Assembly (NCBI RefSeq): GCF_018350175.1
Contig: NC_058368.1
Location: forward strand, 111,540,001-111,604,000
Length of the DNA: 64,000 bases
DNA from: Felis catus
Taxonomy: Eukaryota
Reading direction: 5' to 3'
Both the position numbers and the translations under genes were made by a program. Below, piece by piece: positions 1 through 14,900 of this stretch; the stretch's first letter is position 1; each line of letters begins with the position of its first letter. The notes beneath the pieces are model-generated. The model ran no database searches. It worked only from the letters and a program-made list of their open reading frames with translations, and had not been told where the DNA came from.

Positions 1-2441
<2,441 letters not shown>

Positions 2442-5400
2442 CTAAGGCTCCGGACGGCGCCGGCAGAGGCTGTCTTAAAGCGACAGTGCGCACCGCCAGG
2501 TTCCAGCAGTCCCTGCGCCAGGGGTGGTGGGTGGGGTGGGCCTGGGTGGGAGGGGGCTGGGGAGGGAGGGAGCCAGCGAGCGAGGGAGCGCGGGCGGAAT
2601 CCAGCCCCGAGCCGCCCGCCCTCCCTCGCCCGTGCCCTCCCCCTCCGCAGCCACCTTCCCGCCGCCTCCCCGCCCCCTCCCCCCCCGCGGCCTCGCCGCG
2701 CCGCTCCCTCCTTCTCCGTTGACGCACCGACTTCTCCCTCGGCCGCACAAAAGAAACGCATCTGGCCTCCAAGTCCCGCGCGGCTCGTGCCCACCTCAAG
2801 CCCCAAATGACTTGTTTTGTTCAGAATCGACTCCTGTCTGGGCCGCCTCGAAGTCCCCAGCCCCTGGCGAGAACAGCCCAGGATGAGAGAATGTTCTCGG
2901 AGCAGGATCGCACCGAGCGGGCGCCTCCGAGCCAGCGCCAGGGCGGGGGCAGAGCCCGGGGCCCGTTCCGGCAGCTCCCAGAGGCGTCCTCGTCTAGGGG
3001 CCGCCGGCCCCTCCTTCCTCGGCCTCTTCTCCCGGGACCTGAGCCCGGCTGAGTGACAGCAGCCTGCGTTCTAATGGGCCCCCGGATGCTGCCTCCTAAT
3101 TAGCTTGGACCCTGTCCTCCAAGGCTGCTTCTCAGGCCTCCCCCTCTGCACCGCAGTCAATTTTCCGGGATTGGGATAGAACTGATGGCTTCTAATCAGA
3201 CGAAACGTTTCTGTTGGCTCCAGGCCTCTGGCGAGTGCAGCAGGAGACCCCAAGAGCCCCGCCAGGCCCCACAGCCTCTCCTGTGGGGCCCTCTCCCCTT
3301 GTTTTGCACCAGTCCGGCCAAATCAGCCAGGCCCAAGCCTTGGCAGCCAGGGGGTTGGCTTCTGCCCCCTTCAGGGCAGGTTTGCAGCGATCTGCGGCCT
3401 CTGCATTGGCTTCCCAGAGCTGCAGACACCTGGCCCAGGCCAGGTGCCTGCCGTTTCCCAACCCTGGGCCAGCAGTCCCGGAAGCCTTCCGCCTTCAAGC
3501 CTCTCCCTGGTACGGTGGTAGCTAAGCTGCAGCGCCACTGGGGCCTCCATGGGTGCAGGCAAAGAAGTTCCCCTCCTACCCTTCAGAATGATCCCCTCCT
3601 ACTTCAGTGAAGTTTGTTGAAGGATTTTGCTCAGCGATTGTTAGCCGGCTCTGAGACTGCAGAGTCTTGAGCAAATAGACGGCAGATGGGGTGGTAGGGT
3701 GCGACCCTGACCTGTTCCTCTGGCCAGAGCTGGACCCCATGCTGCCCTCTGCTCCTCACCTGCGGACCAGCTCCCAGATGGGAGCAGCGCTGGGCAGGAC
3801 GGCAACCTGGGGGAGAAGCACTGCCCTACACTCCAGACCCAGCACCTCACCCCAGGGCCTGGTGCACTCCCCATCTCTCCTGGGGGTCTCTGCTTGGGAC
3901 TGTGCAGGCTGAGGATCTGGGATGTTCTGCAGGCACTGCCTTCCATCCCTCACCCTGGCTCCTCATCAGGAGACCCACAGCCTCAGGCTGACTTCTTTGG
4001 TGAGGACTGCAGGGATGCGGTGGGTACAGGGTGCAAACAGGCCTGCCTCTCACTCCCTGAGTGTCAGCCCCAGGCCCCCAGCTCTGGGAGCTGGGAGAAA
4101 GCACAGCTCTTTGGGATCTGGCACAGCCTCACTGGGTGCCTGTGACTATAGGAGCAGGGGCTGGGGCTGAGGCCAGAGGGAGGGTGTATCCCACGGGTTT
4201 GAGTTGGGGAGGCTCAGCAACTCTTGCCCTTTCCTCCCAAAGGGGAGTTTCTCGAAGTTGAGCTCCCCAGGATGAAAATAATCTTGGGTGTGTGTGGGTG
4301 GGGGGAGGGTGGCAGGAGGGGGACGTGGGAAGTATGGTTGTCCAACATTTGCCCTCAGCCTCAACTTTTACCGTATTTCTTGGCTGAGTCTCCTGCAGCA
4401 GCAGGTACCTCTTTTTGCGACCCAGCCTGCCTGGGTACAGACAGGACACTGGAGCAGGCACATACACACATGTAGTGCATACCCACCTAGGTGTGTGCTG
4501 TTCACACACATGCACACATGCTCCCTGCACATCGTGCACACACAGCCAGGCTCTGGGTCCCAGAACACTGCTCGGCACCAGATCGGGCTGGTAGGGGACA
4601 GGAGGTTTGTTCTCAGCCCGCCGATGTGGGAAGCATAGTGTTCTTCTGGGTGGGGACCTGGAATAAATGTTCTGCCTGTAGGTGTTCAGAGGCTGAGGGC
4701 CACCGCTTTTCACTATCCACGGAGTGTAGAGTCAGGATTTTCATAGATGGGGACTGTTTTGTGACTCTAGCTCTAGCTGTTCAGTCTGAGGGGCTTGGAT
4801 CCCTCACTATTGCATTTAATGTAGTTATTGAGCACCTGCTGTGTGCTCCTCTGGACCCAAGCCTCCGGCAGTGTTTTGGACAGTCACATTAGTCCCTATA
4901 TTTGGAAATCTTGATGCCTGCTATGTGGATGGAAAGGACTTCAGACTATTGCCGGTGAGGCCCCAAATCCCCAGAGGCCCTGGGCCCCAGAGAGAGACCG
5001 TGACTAGTAGGGACTGCCCGGGGGAGTCTGTTCTGCTGGGCCCAGGGAATGGCTGAATGAGAGGAGACGATGAGGATGCTGGCCGGATAGGGTGTTGGCT
5101 GGAGAAGGGACCTGGGCACTTTCTTCTTCCCCAGCCTCACCCTCTACTGGCCACTATCCCCGGCAGGGAAGGGTCTTTCTTCACACTCACAGATACATCA
5201 TACACACGGGACAGCAGGCAGCTCCCTTGCGGGAGTAAGAGCAGGGGTTTAATGTTCTCCCAGCTTTGCTGTGTGACCTTGAACAAGGCTCCACCTGCAC
5301 TGTGCCCCAGTTTCCATGTCTGACACGGACTGGGCAATCCCTACTTGCCGCTTCAACTTGCAGCTCACTTGAGGATGGGGACACGAGGAGAGGAGGGAAG

Positions 5401-6639
5401 AGGCTTACTGGGGCTGGAACCAGGTGTCCTATTCCCCATCCCTTTGGGCCATGCGGAGCTAGCAATGATTCTGTGACTTTCAGGAAATTTGGAGGCTTAG
5501 AGTCCGGGCTGGGTTGAGTGGAGGCGTCTGGCCTGTTGTAGGGTTTGAAGTAGTCACCATAGGGACCTTTCCTAAGGCCGGGCTCACTCAAAACAGATTC
5601 TGTGCCCAAGAACGGGTTAGCAGTTTTATTTGGGAAGAGTGGTTAGAGGGTCCTCATGGAGGGCATCCTTCCACGCACTTATATGGGGGTACGCTGCCCT
5701 AATCTCTGCACCAGAATCAAGGGATTTTAGGAAAAGGGAAGGAATGTGCCGTGGCTTGCCCTCGAGGCCATCCATGACTCTCTGGGACATTCCAACCCTA
5801 AGCCTCTTAGGCCGTGGAGAAGTTCAAACTAGAAAACCCAGTTTTGGAAGTGCATCTGGGACCACCTACCTCCTTCTGTCTGTTTTATCCCCCCCCCCCT
5901 TCCAATAAAAGCTCTGGCTTCTTTGAATATAAGCAATTACTGGGTGAGGGGGGAAAGGGGTGCTCAGGTAGGGGCTGGGAACCATCTCACCGGATTCTTT
6001 AGGCTTCCAAGGACCCCAGCCTCAGCCTTCCTGTTATTTGGGGTTCCCCAGCCTGTCCTGGTGGGAGACCTGGGATGTACTCAGGCAGGATGGCCAAGTG
6101 GGGTGCCTCAGGGAGCATGCAACTCGGAACTTTGTCAGCAGCTGGCAGGGCTGGCCTCATGGCTCACCCGAGTCCGAGTCCGCTCACTGGTCGTTCTCTG
6201 CTTCCTGAGAATAGCCGAGCGGAGGAGAAGAGAAGGCTGGGCAAGTGGCAGAGACTGGTCACACAACTGGGGGAGCCTAGGGTCAGCTTATGCTGTTACC
6301 ATAGCTTCCCAGGAGCGGCTTTTCCGAGAAAAGCACACTCTGAGCCTGGCTGGAAGAGCAACAAATTCTGCCTCTACCTTCTTGAGTCCTGGCAGCCAGG
6401 TCTCCATGCCCCCGTCCACGTCTTTTCCTTTTCCGAGCAGAGCTGAAGAAAGGGGAGGGAGCCAGCAAGCCCCCTCCCGTGTCGCCCCTGCTGCTCTAGA
6501 CCCGTGTCTTTGGCCAAGTGGACAGCAACCTGGCCTTGCTCTAGCCCCGATCGCTGTCAGAGGCCCCTGGGGTGCCAACGGGACACCCAAGCCTTAGTTT
6601 CTCAGTAAAGTGGGCTCAAATATTTTTAGATTCAGGGAA

Positions 6640-8950
6640 TTCCTAAATCGGGAAACCTTGGAACCAGGATTCCAGCCTCGGGTTCCCTTTTCTGTGATCC
6701 CGGCCTCGGGGCCATCGCTTTACTACCGCCGAAACGGCTCAGATTTGGGAGGCTGGTCAATTTCAGAATTCCGAGACCCGGTTCTAGAGAAGCGGCTGTG
6801 TGCCCGGGAAGCCTGCGTCAACAATCAAACCCCGGAGAAGCCGCGGGAATGTCTTTATTGGATTTTGCGAAGAGCATTTGGGGTTCCTCTCTGGGTAAGG
6901 AAAAGCCCGACCCGTGCGGGCGAGGGCAGGCCGCCGTGGGCTGGGGGCGCCTCCGAGCACGGGCGGCGAGACGTCGGGGTCCTCGGCGAAGAGAGCCGGG
7001 GCTCCGGCCGATGTCTTTTGCTTTTCTGCGGCATAGCTGCCCGAAGGAACCAACGAACGAACGAATGAAGCGGTATTGTTTAGAAAAAATACCCTCTTGA
7101 CACGAAGCTGCGGCTGCAGTCCCCGGGCGTGCAGAGGGGCCCGCGCTTTCGCTCGTTCTGGGGCCCCCATTCCGGGGCGCAGCCGGGACGGCGGGCGGCC
7201 CTTTCGGCTGCCCAGTGTCCTGGAGTTCCCCAGCGACCTGCGCCGCCACGAGACGTTGCGAAGGGCGTGGGGAGCTATGCCCTTCGCAGGGCTGGGACTC
7301 GCGTCCCCGGGGCTGCTGCCCTCTTGGGGTGCCCGGGGCCGAAGCGTGGGGTGGGCTCACCCGGTAGGCAAGGTAGCGCCTGGCGACGGCAGCTGGGACT
7401 GCGCGCTGGGCGCAGGAACGAGCTCCTCGTGCTGCCTCGATGGCGCCTGGCCTTTCCCGGGATGCGCTCAGTTGCGCGCCACCGGCTGGACCTCACAAAC
7501 GCCTGGAGCAAACAGTGCGGAATCCGCCACCGCCTCCCTGCGCCCCAACACCGCGGAGACCCAGCGCTCCTAGCCCAGTGACTCTTACCCCACGCGGGTT
7601 GCGCTGCGTACTCCGCTCGTCGGCTCCGGGCTCGCTCGCCACGGACTCTGAGGTTTCGACTTCGGCTGGGGCCCCGGTTCCAGCTGTGTCTCCGGCTGTG
7701 CGCGCAGCTTCGGTCCTCGCTGGTTCGCTACATCGCAGCGCGCAAGGTCGGGGCTGCCTCGGCTCGGCCCGCTCCTCCCGCCACCGCCGCCGCCGCCGCC
7801 CGTCGCCCGCGGGGAAGGCGGGGACACGGGCCGGGGAGGCGGGAAGGGGGGAGGGGAAGCGAGGCGCTCGCCTGGACCAACGGGGAGGGGCGGCGCGCAG
7901 TCCTGCCGGCTAGGGGTCCGGGCCTCCCTCGGGTCGCAGGCAGGGGTCCGCGCGGCTCGCCGCCGGGGTCCGAGGCCGGGGAGCGCGCCCCGGGACTGCT
8001 AGCGCGGAAGGGGGACCTGGCCGCATGCGGACGAAGCCGCTGAGGGTACCGGCCTGGCCTCTGCGCTCTTTCCCACCTGGCACACGAGGGGTCCAGCCCG
8101 ACCTCGGCTTAGACGGGCCCTGGTCGGAGTTTCCCCCCCGTCCTGCCTGACGCCAGTTTTAAGATTCGACCTTTCCCCTTTCTGCTCAGCCTTCGGGAGG
8201 AAGCTGGTCTTGCATTTTGGCAGGGAATGTCCGCAGCGCAGATTTTGGCAGCCAAGGAGGTTTGAGGACAGACCCCAGAGTTTCTGGGGAGGGGCAGACG
8301 CTGACCCCTGCCCTGCTTGGAGGATACCCCCCACCCCCCCACCCCTCCCCACTTCTCCTCCTCCGGGGGCTGGGCTGATGAGCAAAGAGTAGACCAACCC
8401 TATGGAGCACAGACAGTTCTGCGGCCACTTGTTCAGCCCCTCGCCTGCACACCCTCCAGCGATAGCCCTGTTCGGCCCTTGCACAGGGGAAGACTCCATC
8501 CCTATGGCCCCGTTCGCCTTTTCAGGGGAGATGGGCAGGACGAACGGGAACTGGGTCCCACCCGTGTTGCCCACGGACAGATAACCCCTCACAAAGCCTT
8601 GTGGGGAAACCAATTGGCCGACCAGGCTCCTGCCTTTCCCAAGCCCCCGGTCTGAGCCTGCAGCTGCCGGTCTGTGGTGGTAGGGACGGGGGTCGGGCGG
8701 GTCAGTACATCAGGCAACCACCCCGGGGGACAGGAGCCACCGAGCCTGTCTGTAGACGGCCACCGGGCTCTGGCGCTGCCGCTTTGGCTCAAGGTGCCGG
8801 GAGATGGCAGTGCGGCGGCCCGCATCTATGTTTCATGAGGTGCCGTCATCGGCGGCGCCTCCCTGCCTGGTTCTAGCCGACAGCTGCCGCCGGAGAGGCC
8901 ACGGCCCCGTGCCGGCTTGCTCTGACGCTCTGCTTGCCCGCAATCTCCAG
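6640..8950. promoter_or_regulatory. Second CpG island; candidate distal promoter (alternative PITX1 first exon and/or C5orf66-AS1-like lncRNA)
   Basis: Dense CpG, core ~6640-8160. GC boxes at 7810-7900, a (GCC)n run at ~7785-7800 and a strong minus-strand donor GG|GTAAGA at 7589/7588. Confidence 0.8.
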
Positions 8951-9699
8951 GGCCACCTGGTCAGGGAAATGCAGAGACAGGAACCCTTCCCAACAACTCC
9001 CAAAGCCTACCCGACCCTAGCTTGCAGATGCCTCACGCTCAGGCCCCGAGAAGTGGCCTCTGTTCCCTGTCTTGCTGTTTGGGGATTCCAAGTCTCCCCT
9101 TGACTGTCAACAGGAGGAATATCTCTCTGGTGGCTGTGTATGGTTCTGGTGCACACAGGGTCATAAGGGTTAAGAGCTAAGTCCCCCGTGCACAGGATTT
9201 CAGACCACGACCTGGGGGTGGCCTGGCAGAAATGCAGTCTCCCAGCTTGGACGATGGACTTTGGGAATTCTAGCTTCTGCTTCTCCACTGCCACGATATT
9301 GGCTGTTTTATGTGTGAAACTGGTTTGCTGGCAGATTTGGCCCCGGAGGCTGCTAAGCGGAGACACTTCCCACCTTGTCTCAGGCAGCCTCCCCACACAC
9401 CCAAGGTGTCCCTGCATCGTGGCCATAAATGCAACTGCTGGGCCTTTACTCTGCATGGAGGGTGCAACAGTCACCTAGCTGGGTGGGCAGGGGTGGGAGG
9501 GGCGCTTACACTCTGGCACCTGCCCTGGGAAATCAGACCTTCTTACCCCTGCACATCAGCTGTTTTCCAGGTTTTGTTCTCCAGCAACCACTGGGCGTGC
9601 GTGCGTGTGTGATTCTCCGTATGCCCTTGTTTCCAGGCAGACCCTGTGGTACCATAGAGCTGCCCCTGCGACCTGAGGGCCAGAGGAGGAATCTTGTCT

Positions 9700-9820
9700 G
9701 CATCTTTTACCAGTCATGTGGCCTTGGGCAAATGATATAACCTCTTCTAGCTTCAGCTTTCTTACCTGTGAAGTGGGAATAAGAAGAGCTGTCATTTCGT
9801 TGAGCAATCTGTGAGATGAT
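9700..9820 (+). mobile_element. MIR fragment
   Basis: MIR core-like text: tgtggccttgggcaaatgatataacctcttctagcttcagctttcttacctgtgaagtggg. Confidence 0.7.
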
Positions 9821-11489
9821 GGGGAGGACTGTCGCCCTGTGTGGGGATGGGCAGCCGGGCTGGATGTTCATGGTGAAACCTGGCATGTTGCTTTTCTCCT
9901 CAAGATGCTTTGCTCACTTTTGTTTCCTTCTTTGCGGTCTTGTTGTTTGAGTCAGGCAGAAGTAGGCTCCTTCTCTGATTTAGTAGACCTGCCCCTCATA
10001 CCCTGCTTGCCATCTAGGAAGTCTCAGACCAGGGAAACTAGGCAGGTAAATGGGGCGGGACCAGGGCTTGAAGTCCTCAAAGTTCTTGGTGAACTGGGGT
10101 GGGGTGAAACCCTTTTGTTATGATCTTATTTTCACTTCCTCCACCAAGAATTTTCCACAATTTCCCTTTAGGTTGTGACATCTTGGGGGCACGTACTTTC
10201 CACTTTGGAGGCCGAGGGATCAGGCAGTCAGAGACAGCAAGGTTGGAGCTGGATCAGGGGAGAACAGGATTACTTCTGTTCTTATAGTACTTACACAGTC
10301 CTTGTACCTGAGTATCACGTTCGCTTTGAGCTTTCCTGGTACCTACCCAAAAAAGATCAGCAGAACTGCGGGTGCATTTGCTTTGTTTTTCCTTCCAAAC
10401 TGATATACTTCCTCTAAACAAAAGTTTTTTCCCTAGCACGAAACTCTGACATGAATTCGTCACACGGGTTCATGTTAAACACAACGGGCAAATGTCTTCA
10501 GCCCCATTTATGCAGAAAGGGATACAAATTCTTCAAGCAGTTTATTATCTTAATATCCAGGAAAAGTAGGGAGAGTGTCCTTTCTCTTTACTGCTCTTAT
10601 TGCGATAGTATTAATATCAACATTTGTGTAATGATTGATTAAAACCTGTTGCCCCTACCAGGGTCCTAAGCTCCTTAAGAGCAGGGCTGAGTCTCTCTTG
10701 CCAAGCCTAGGACCCTCCCTAGGGTGGGCAAAGGGATTTGATTATGCTGATTGGCTGGATGCAGCTCACATGCCCACAGCTGAACCAATTACTTTGTGGG
10801 GAAGAGTGGCTCAAGGCTGTGGTTGGCCAGGCTAGGGTCACAGTCTCCACCCCAGGAGGGTGGGAGGGGGAGCTCCACCATTTTAAGGAATAGTCACCAC
10901 TCTACCCCAAGAATACTGGCTGCTGTCCTGGAACAAGTTCTCTGAGCTCCTTGTGGCAGGGAACGGGTTGGTTTTCAAAGAAGTCCCTGCCCTGTGAAGG
11001 TTCTCAGAGGGGTGCTCGTGGTGTTGGTAGGGTGTCTACTGCAATGTGATAGGGAGGCATTGGTTCTGTTGGGAGAGTTTGAAGTCCGTCAGGATTGTTC
11101 CTGCACTCATCTGTAGAAAGAGTTGGAGGGCTACCAGAAAGTCTGAGGGGAGCTTAGAGTCTATTGACCCTTATATAAGGATGGATATGCAGAGCAAATG
11201 AGGGACCTATTTATACTCTTTTTCATCTGTGAGGAGAGAATTAGAGGCTCCAAAGGCAGAGAGGAATCCCTACAATCAGGTAAGATAGAGGGGAACCCCT
11301 ACGTTCAGGTATGATATTGATTTATTTGAACATAATTATATTGTACTCTGAGCATCCTGGCAGCCAAAGCAAAAATAGAAACCATTGGGACATCTTAAGT
11401 ATTTTCTTTCATTGCAGACCTCCCGGCATCTGCATGGAGTAGTGGAAAGAGCCCTGACCTTGGGACCTTCCTGGACTGGTGTCTATCAG

Positions 11490-11930
11490 GTCAGCAAGTT
11501 TAGAGAGCACGTATTCTGTGCCTGTGATTGCAGAGGTACAGAGATGAATGGCTCCTGCTTGTTTGGGCTGAGCCAAGGAGGCAGACATACCAACCCATAA
11601 CCATGTTTGGAGCACAGTGCTGGAAAGGAAAACTATAGCCTGATGTTGAAGGGCCTTGAGTGACACACAGGCCTTGAGATTGCCTGGAACAGCTTTTCCA
11701 CTCCCCATTTCTCACTGGAACAGCACTAAAGTGGGAAGGCATTGAATGGAGGAAGAGGAAGCTGGAGAATTAAGTAGGAACCAGACACCGCAGGGCTTCA
11801 TAATCCTTGTTAAGAGGGTGGGATGCTATCCCGAAGGCAAAGAGGAACAGACGGCAGGTTTAAACAGCGGGAGATCTGGTCAGATTTATATTTTACAAAG
11901 ATCACCGAGCTTGGAGAGTGGAGGATAGGT
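11490..11930 (-). mobile_element. L2 LINE relic
   Basis: L2-like segments: gagcacgtattctgtgcc and ggtttaaacagcgggagatctggtcagatttatattttacaaagatcac. Confidence 0.55.
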
Positions 11931-14900
11931 ATGAGATGAGATAAAAGCAGATTAATTCGGCACCATCACTCAGCCACTCTGTCCATCCTTTTACGTGTCT
12001 GTCTGTCCATCCATCTACCATGGCACAGGAGGCCACGGTTTGGCCTGAGAGCTGTAAAGGTGAGAAGTTATGACCCCTGCCTGCCTGGAGCCGTCCCTTA
12101 GAGCCCTCACATCACCCTCTGCGGGCCTGGTCTGTCCATCCCATCCTCACAGGCTTTGCAGTTGGGGCCTCGGCAGCCCTCCAGATGTCTGCTTGCTGCA
12201 CGGGGAGACAGGGTGCCCAGGGCCTGAAGGGGCGCAGCCACTACTGCAGACAGACAATCCGGGGAGCCAGCTCAGGGCACAGCACTGTCGGAAGCTTTTA
12301 AAATAATTACCCCTGCCTGCTTTGGCTGACTGGCTGATGGCAGCCTATTAGCCCTGAGTTGGAAATTCTGAATTGTTTCATGACAATTGAAAACATGATT
12401 GGAGGCCAGGAGGAGCTGCCCATGAAATATTGATGTTTCTCAGTGTTGTGGGGCTGTTCCCCCTTAGCTGGGCAACCCTGGGTGCAAAGAACTGGTTGCT
12501 GCAGAGCAACTGTCCCCGGGCTCCGCAGGCTGACTGCTCCGAGGGGAGACGGGAATGTGTTTTTGTGCAGGGTTGGGAGGGTGGTTTGGGACCTGTACCT
12601 CTAATGCCTCACTCCAAACTATGCCCCCTGCCCCCCATTCCAGTTTCACTACCAGGGCCAAGCAGGAAAGAACTTGGGGACTCGAGATATTCTGTGTGTT
12701 CATGTCTGGCCTAGATTCTTCCTGGCACTCAAGGCTCATTTAGAGTCAGCCTGGGAATCCCAGTTCTGCCCCTTAGCATTGTGAGTCGCACCTTCTCAGC
12801 CTTTCTGTGGGGGATACTGAGTTCCTACCTCGCCGGGCCGTGAGGTATAGGGAGGCCCTTGTGTATGTGCTGGTGTCAGTTCAGGGCCAGCTAAGGGAGT
12901 CCCTTCCCTACTGGGTGCCCAGGGCTTCATGGCCCTTCTCCTTTGTAGAGTGCTTTGAAGTACTTTGTGTTTTCCCTTCTCTGTAAATTCTAAATAAGTA
13001 GTGCTCAGAAGGGGAGTGCTGGTCTGGCAGGCACCTCTGATCGATGAGGTGCCCTGGAGTCTTGGGGAGGGATTCTATGCCCAGCCCAGGCCTTTGCTCC
13101 CGGAGGTGAGGCTCTGCTGTAGCAAAGGAAACTGGTGGGTAATGGCTGCCTGGATTCCTGCCCTTAGAATCTGCCCAGGACACCAGGGCCTCTGTCTTTA
13201 TGAGCCCTTGATTTGCCAGGCACAGTACATGGTTCATTTTCTTTATCCTGGGAGGTGGTATTCACCCATTTCATAGATGAGGACAGTGGGGGCCATAGTT
13301 CATTCCTTCCTTCAACAGACAGTATTTAAGCATTGCCCTATGTCCTGGCACTGAGGGACACAGGGGTAATGGACAGTGCCAGTGCAATCCTTCATGAGGC
13401 ATTGGATCTAAAGATGACCCAATCCTAGAAGTATCCTAAGAATTAGGGCAGGTTAGGAGCCATGGGAGCCAGAACAGGGGCAGCAAACCTAACCCAGGGA
13501 TCACAGCAGACTTTCCGGAGGAAGTGACCTTCCCACTGAGCTGTGGGGTAGCAGGCGTTTGCCGTGGGACTGGGGTGGGGCAGGGTAATGACAAAACTAG
13601 TGAAGGGCAGGCTCAGTGTGGATGTTCTTATGCACCTGACGATGGGCACAACTCATATCCACCTGCCCTGCTGCCGTGACGGGAGCCTGAAGAGGCACCA
13701 CAAAGAGCCCCACAGCTCCAGGGTGCTGGGTTCATTGCCTATGGGCCTCTCCGGGCTTTATTGTCTTCATGTGAATAACAAGAATTTAGATTAGTTGTAG
13801 CAGCCGGGCACATTCGCAAATGCAACTTTACCAGGACTCCTAGGTAGGTAAATGTAGCAGTGCCCTGGCTGAGGGTGGGTATATGTGTGGGCTCGTGTGC
13901 CCTCCCCCTGTATCCCCATCTGGAGGAGCCTGATGAGGAGAAGCTCCAGGGCTGAGGCTCCCCTGAGGAGCCCCAGGGCTCCCTGGACCACAGTTTGCAA
14001 GCAGAAGGGTAAGGAACCTCTCCACGGGGCTGTCCAGTCCTAGCCTCCTGGATCCAGGGGGTGGCCAAGAAGCTCCCTCTTGAACCCTGATGGTAAGACC
14101 CCCATGGACCTGCTATTCCTTGTTCCTTTTCAGTTTCCTAATAGCCATTTGTGCTTCTTCCCAAGCATCTATTAAATACCTATTGGATGTGTACAGAGGG
14201 GCTAATGTTTTTGAGCATCAACTGTATGCTAGGTCCACGCGGGGCTCTTCATATCGGGTCATTTCCTCATCACAGATAGCTGTCAACCCGTTTTACAGAT
14301 GAGGGGGAGGAGAGCTAGGAGAGGTTCAGTGATTTGCCCAAGATCACAAATCACAGTGACACTACCACCAGCCTCCATGGATGGATTAAGCGCCTGGTGT
14401 GTGCCAGGCCTTTGCTGATACGTTCCCGTGCATTAGCAACATCGTCTCTCAGAACAAATCTGTAAAACAGGCCCCATTTCCATCTATAAAGATCGAACAA
14501 GTGCAAACCCAGAGAAGGGAAGGGGATCTGCCTCTGCCTCTGGACTCTGCCCGCCCAGCCTCTCCCTCTGCCCTGCCCTGTGCTGTGGGGTCTGAGGCAG
14601 CTACCCGTGTGCCCCCAGGTGGGTGAGCTCCCTCCCATCTCTGTTCCGCTGTGAATACAGGGAAACCGAGGCCCAGAGACTCACTTCCCTCAGAACATCT
14701 CTGCCCTCTGGGACCCCCATCTGGCACAAGCCTCTCTCTGTTCCCTTGACAGTGACCGTGAATTCCAAGTCTGGCTTTTCTGCAGAGTACCCGCCTTTCT
14801 GGGGGCTGTCTGCCCATCTGGCAGCATTGGTCAGGGCACATTGACCTTGGCTGTCTGAGCAGCACCATCCTGAGGAGTTCAGGACACATAGAGGGGGAGC

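Noticed and set aside
5923..8613. ORFs of 150-224 aa in and around the second CpG island
   Set aside because: No recognisable domain, mostly non-ATG starts, expected from GC content.
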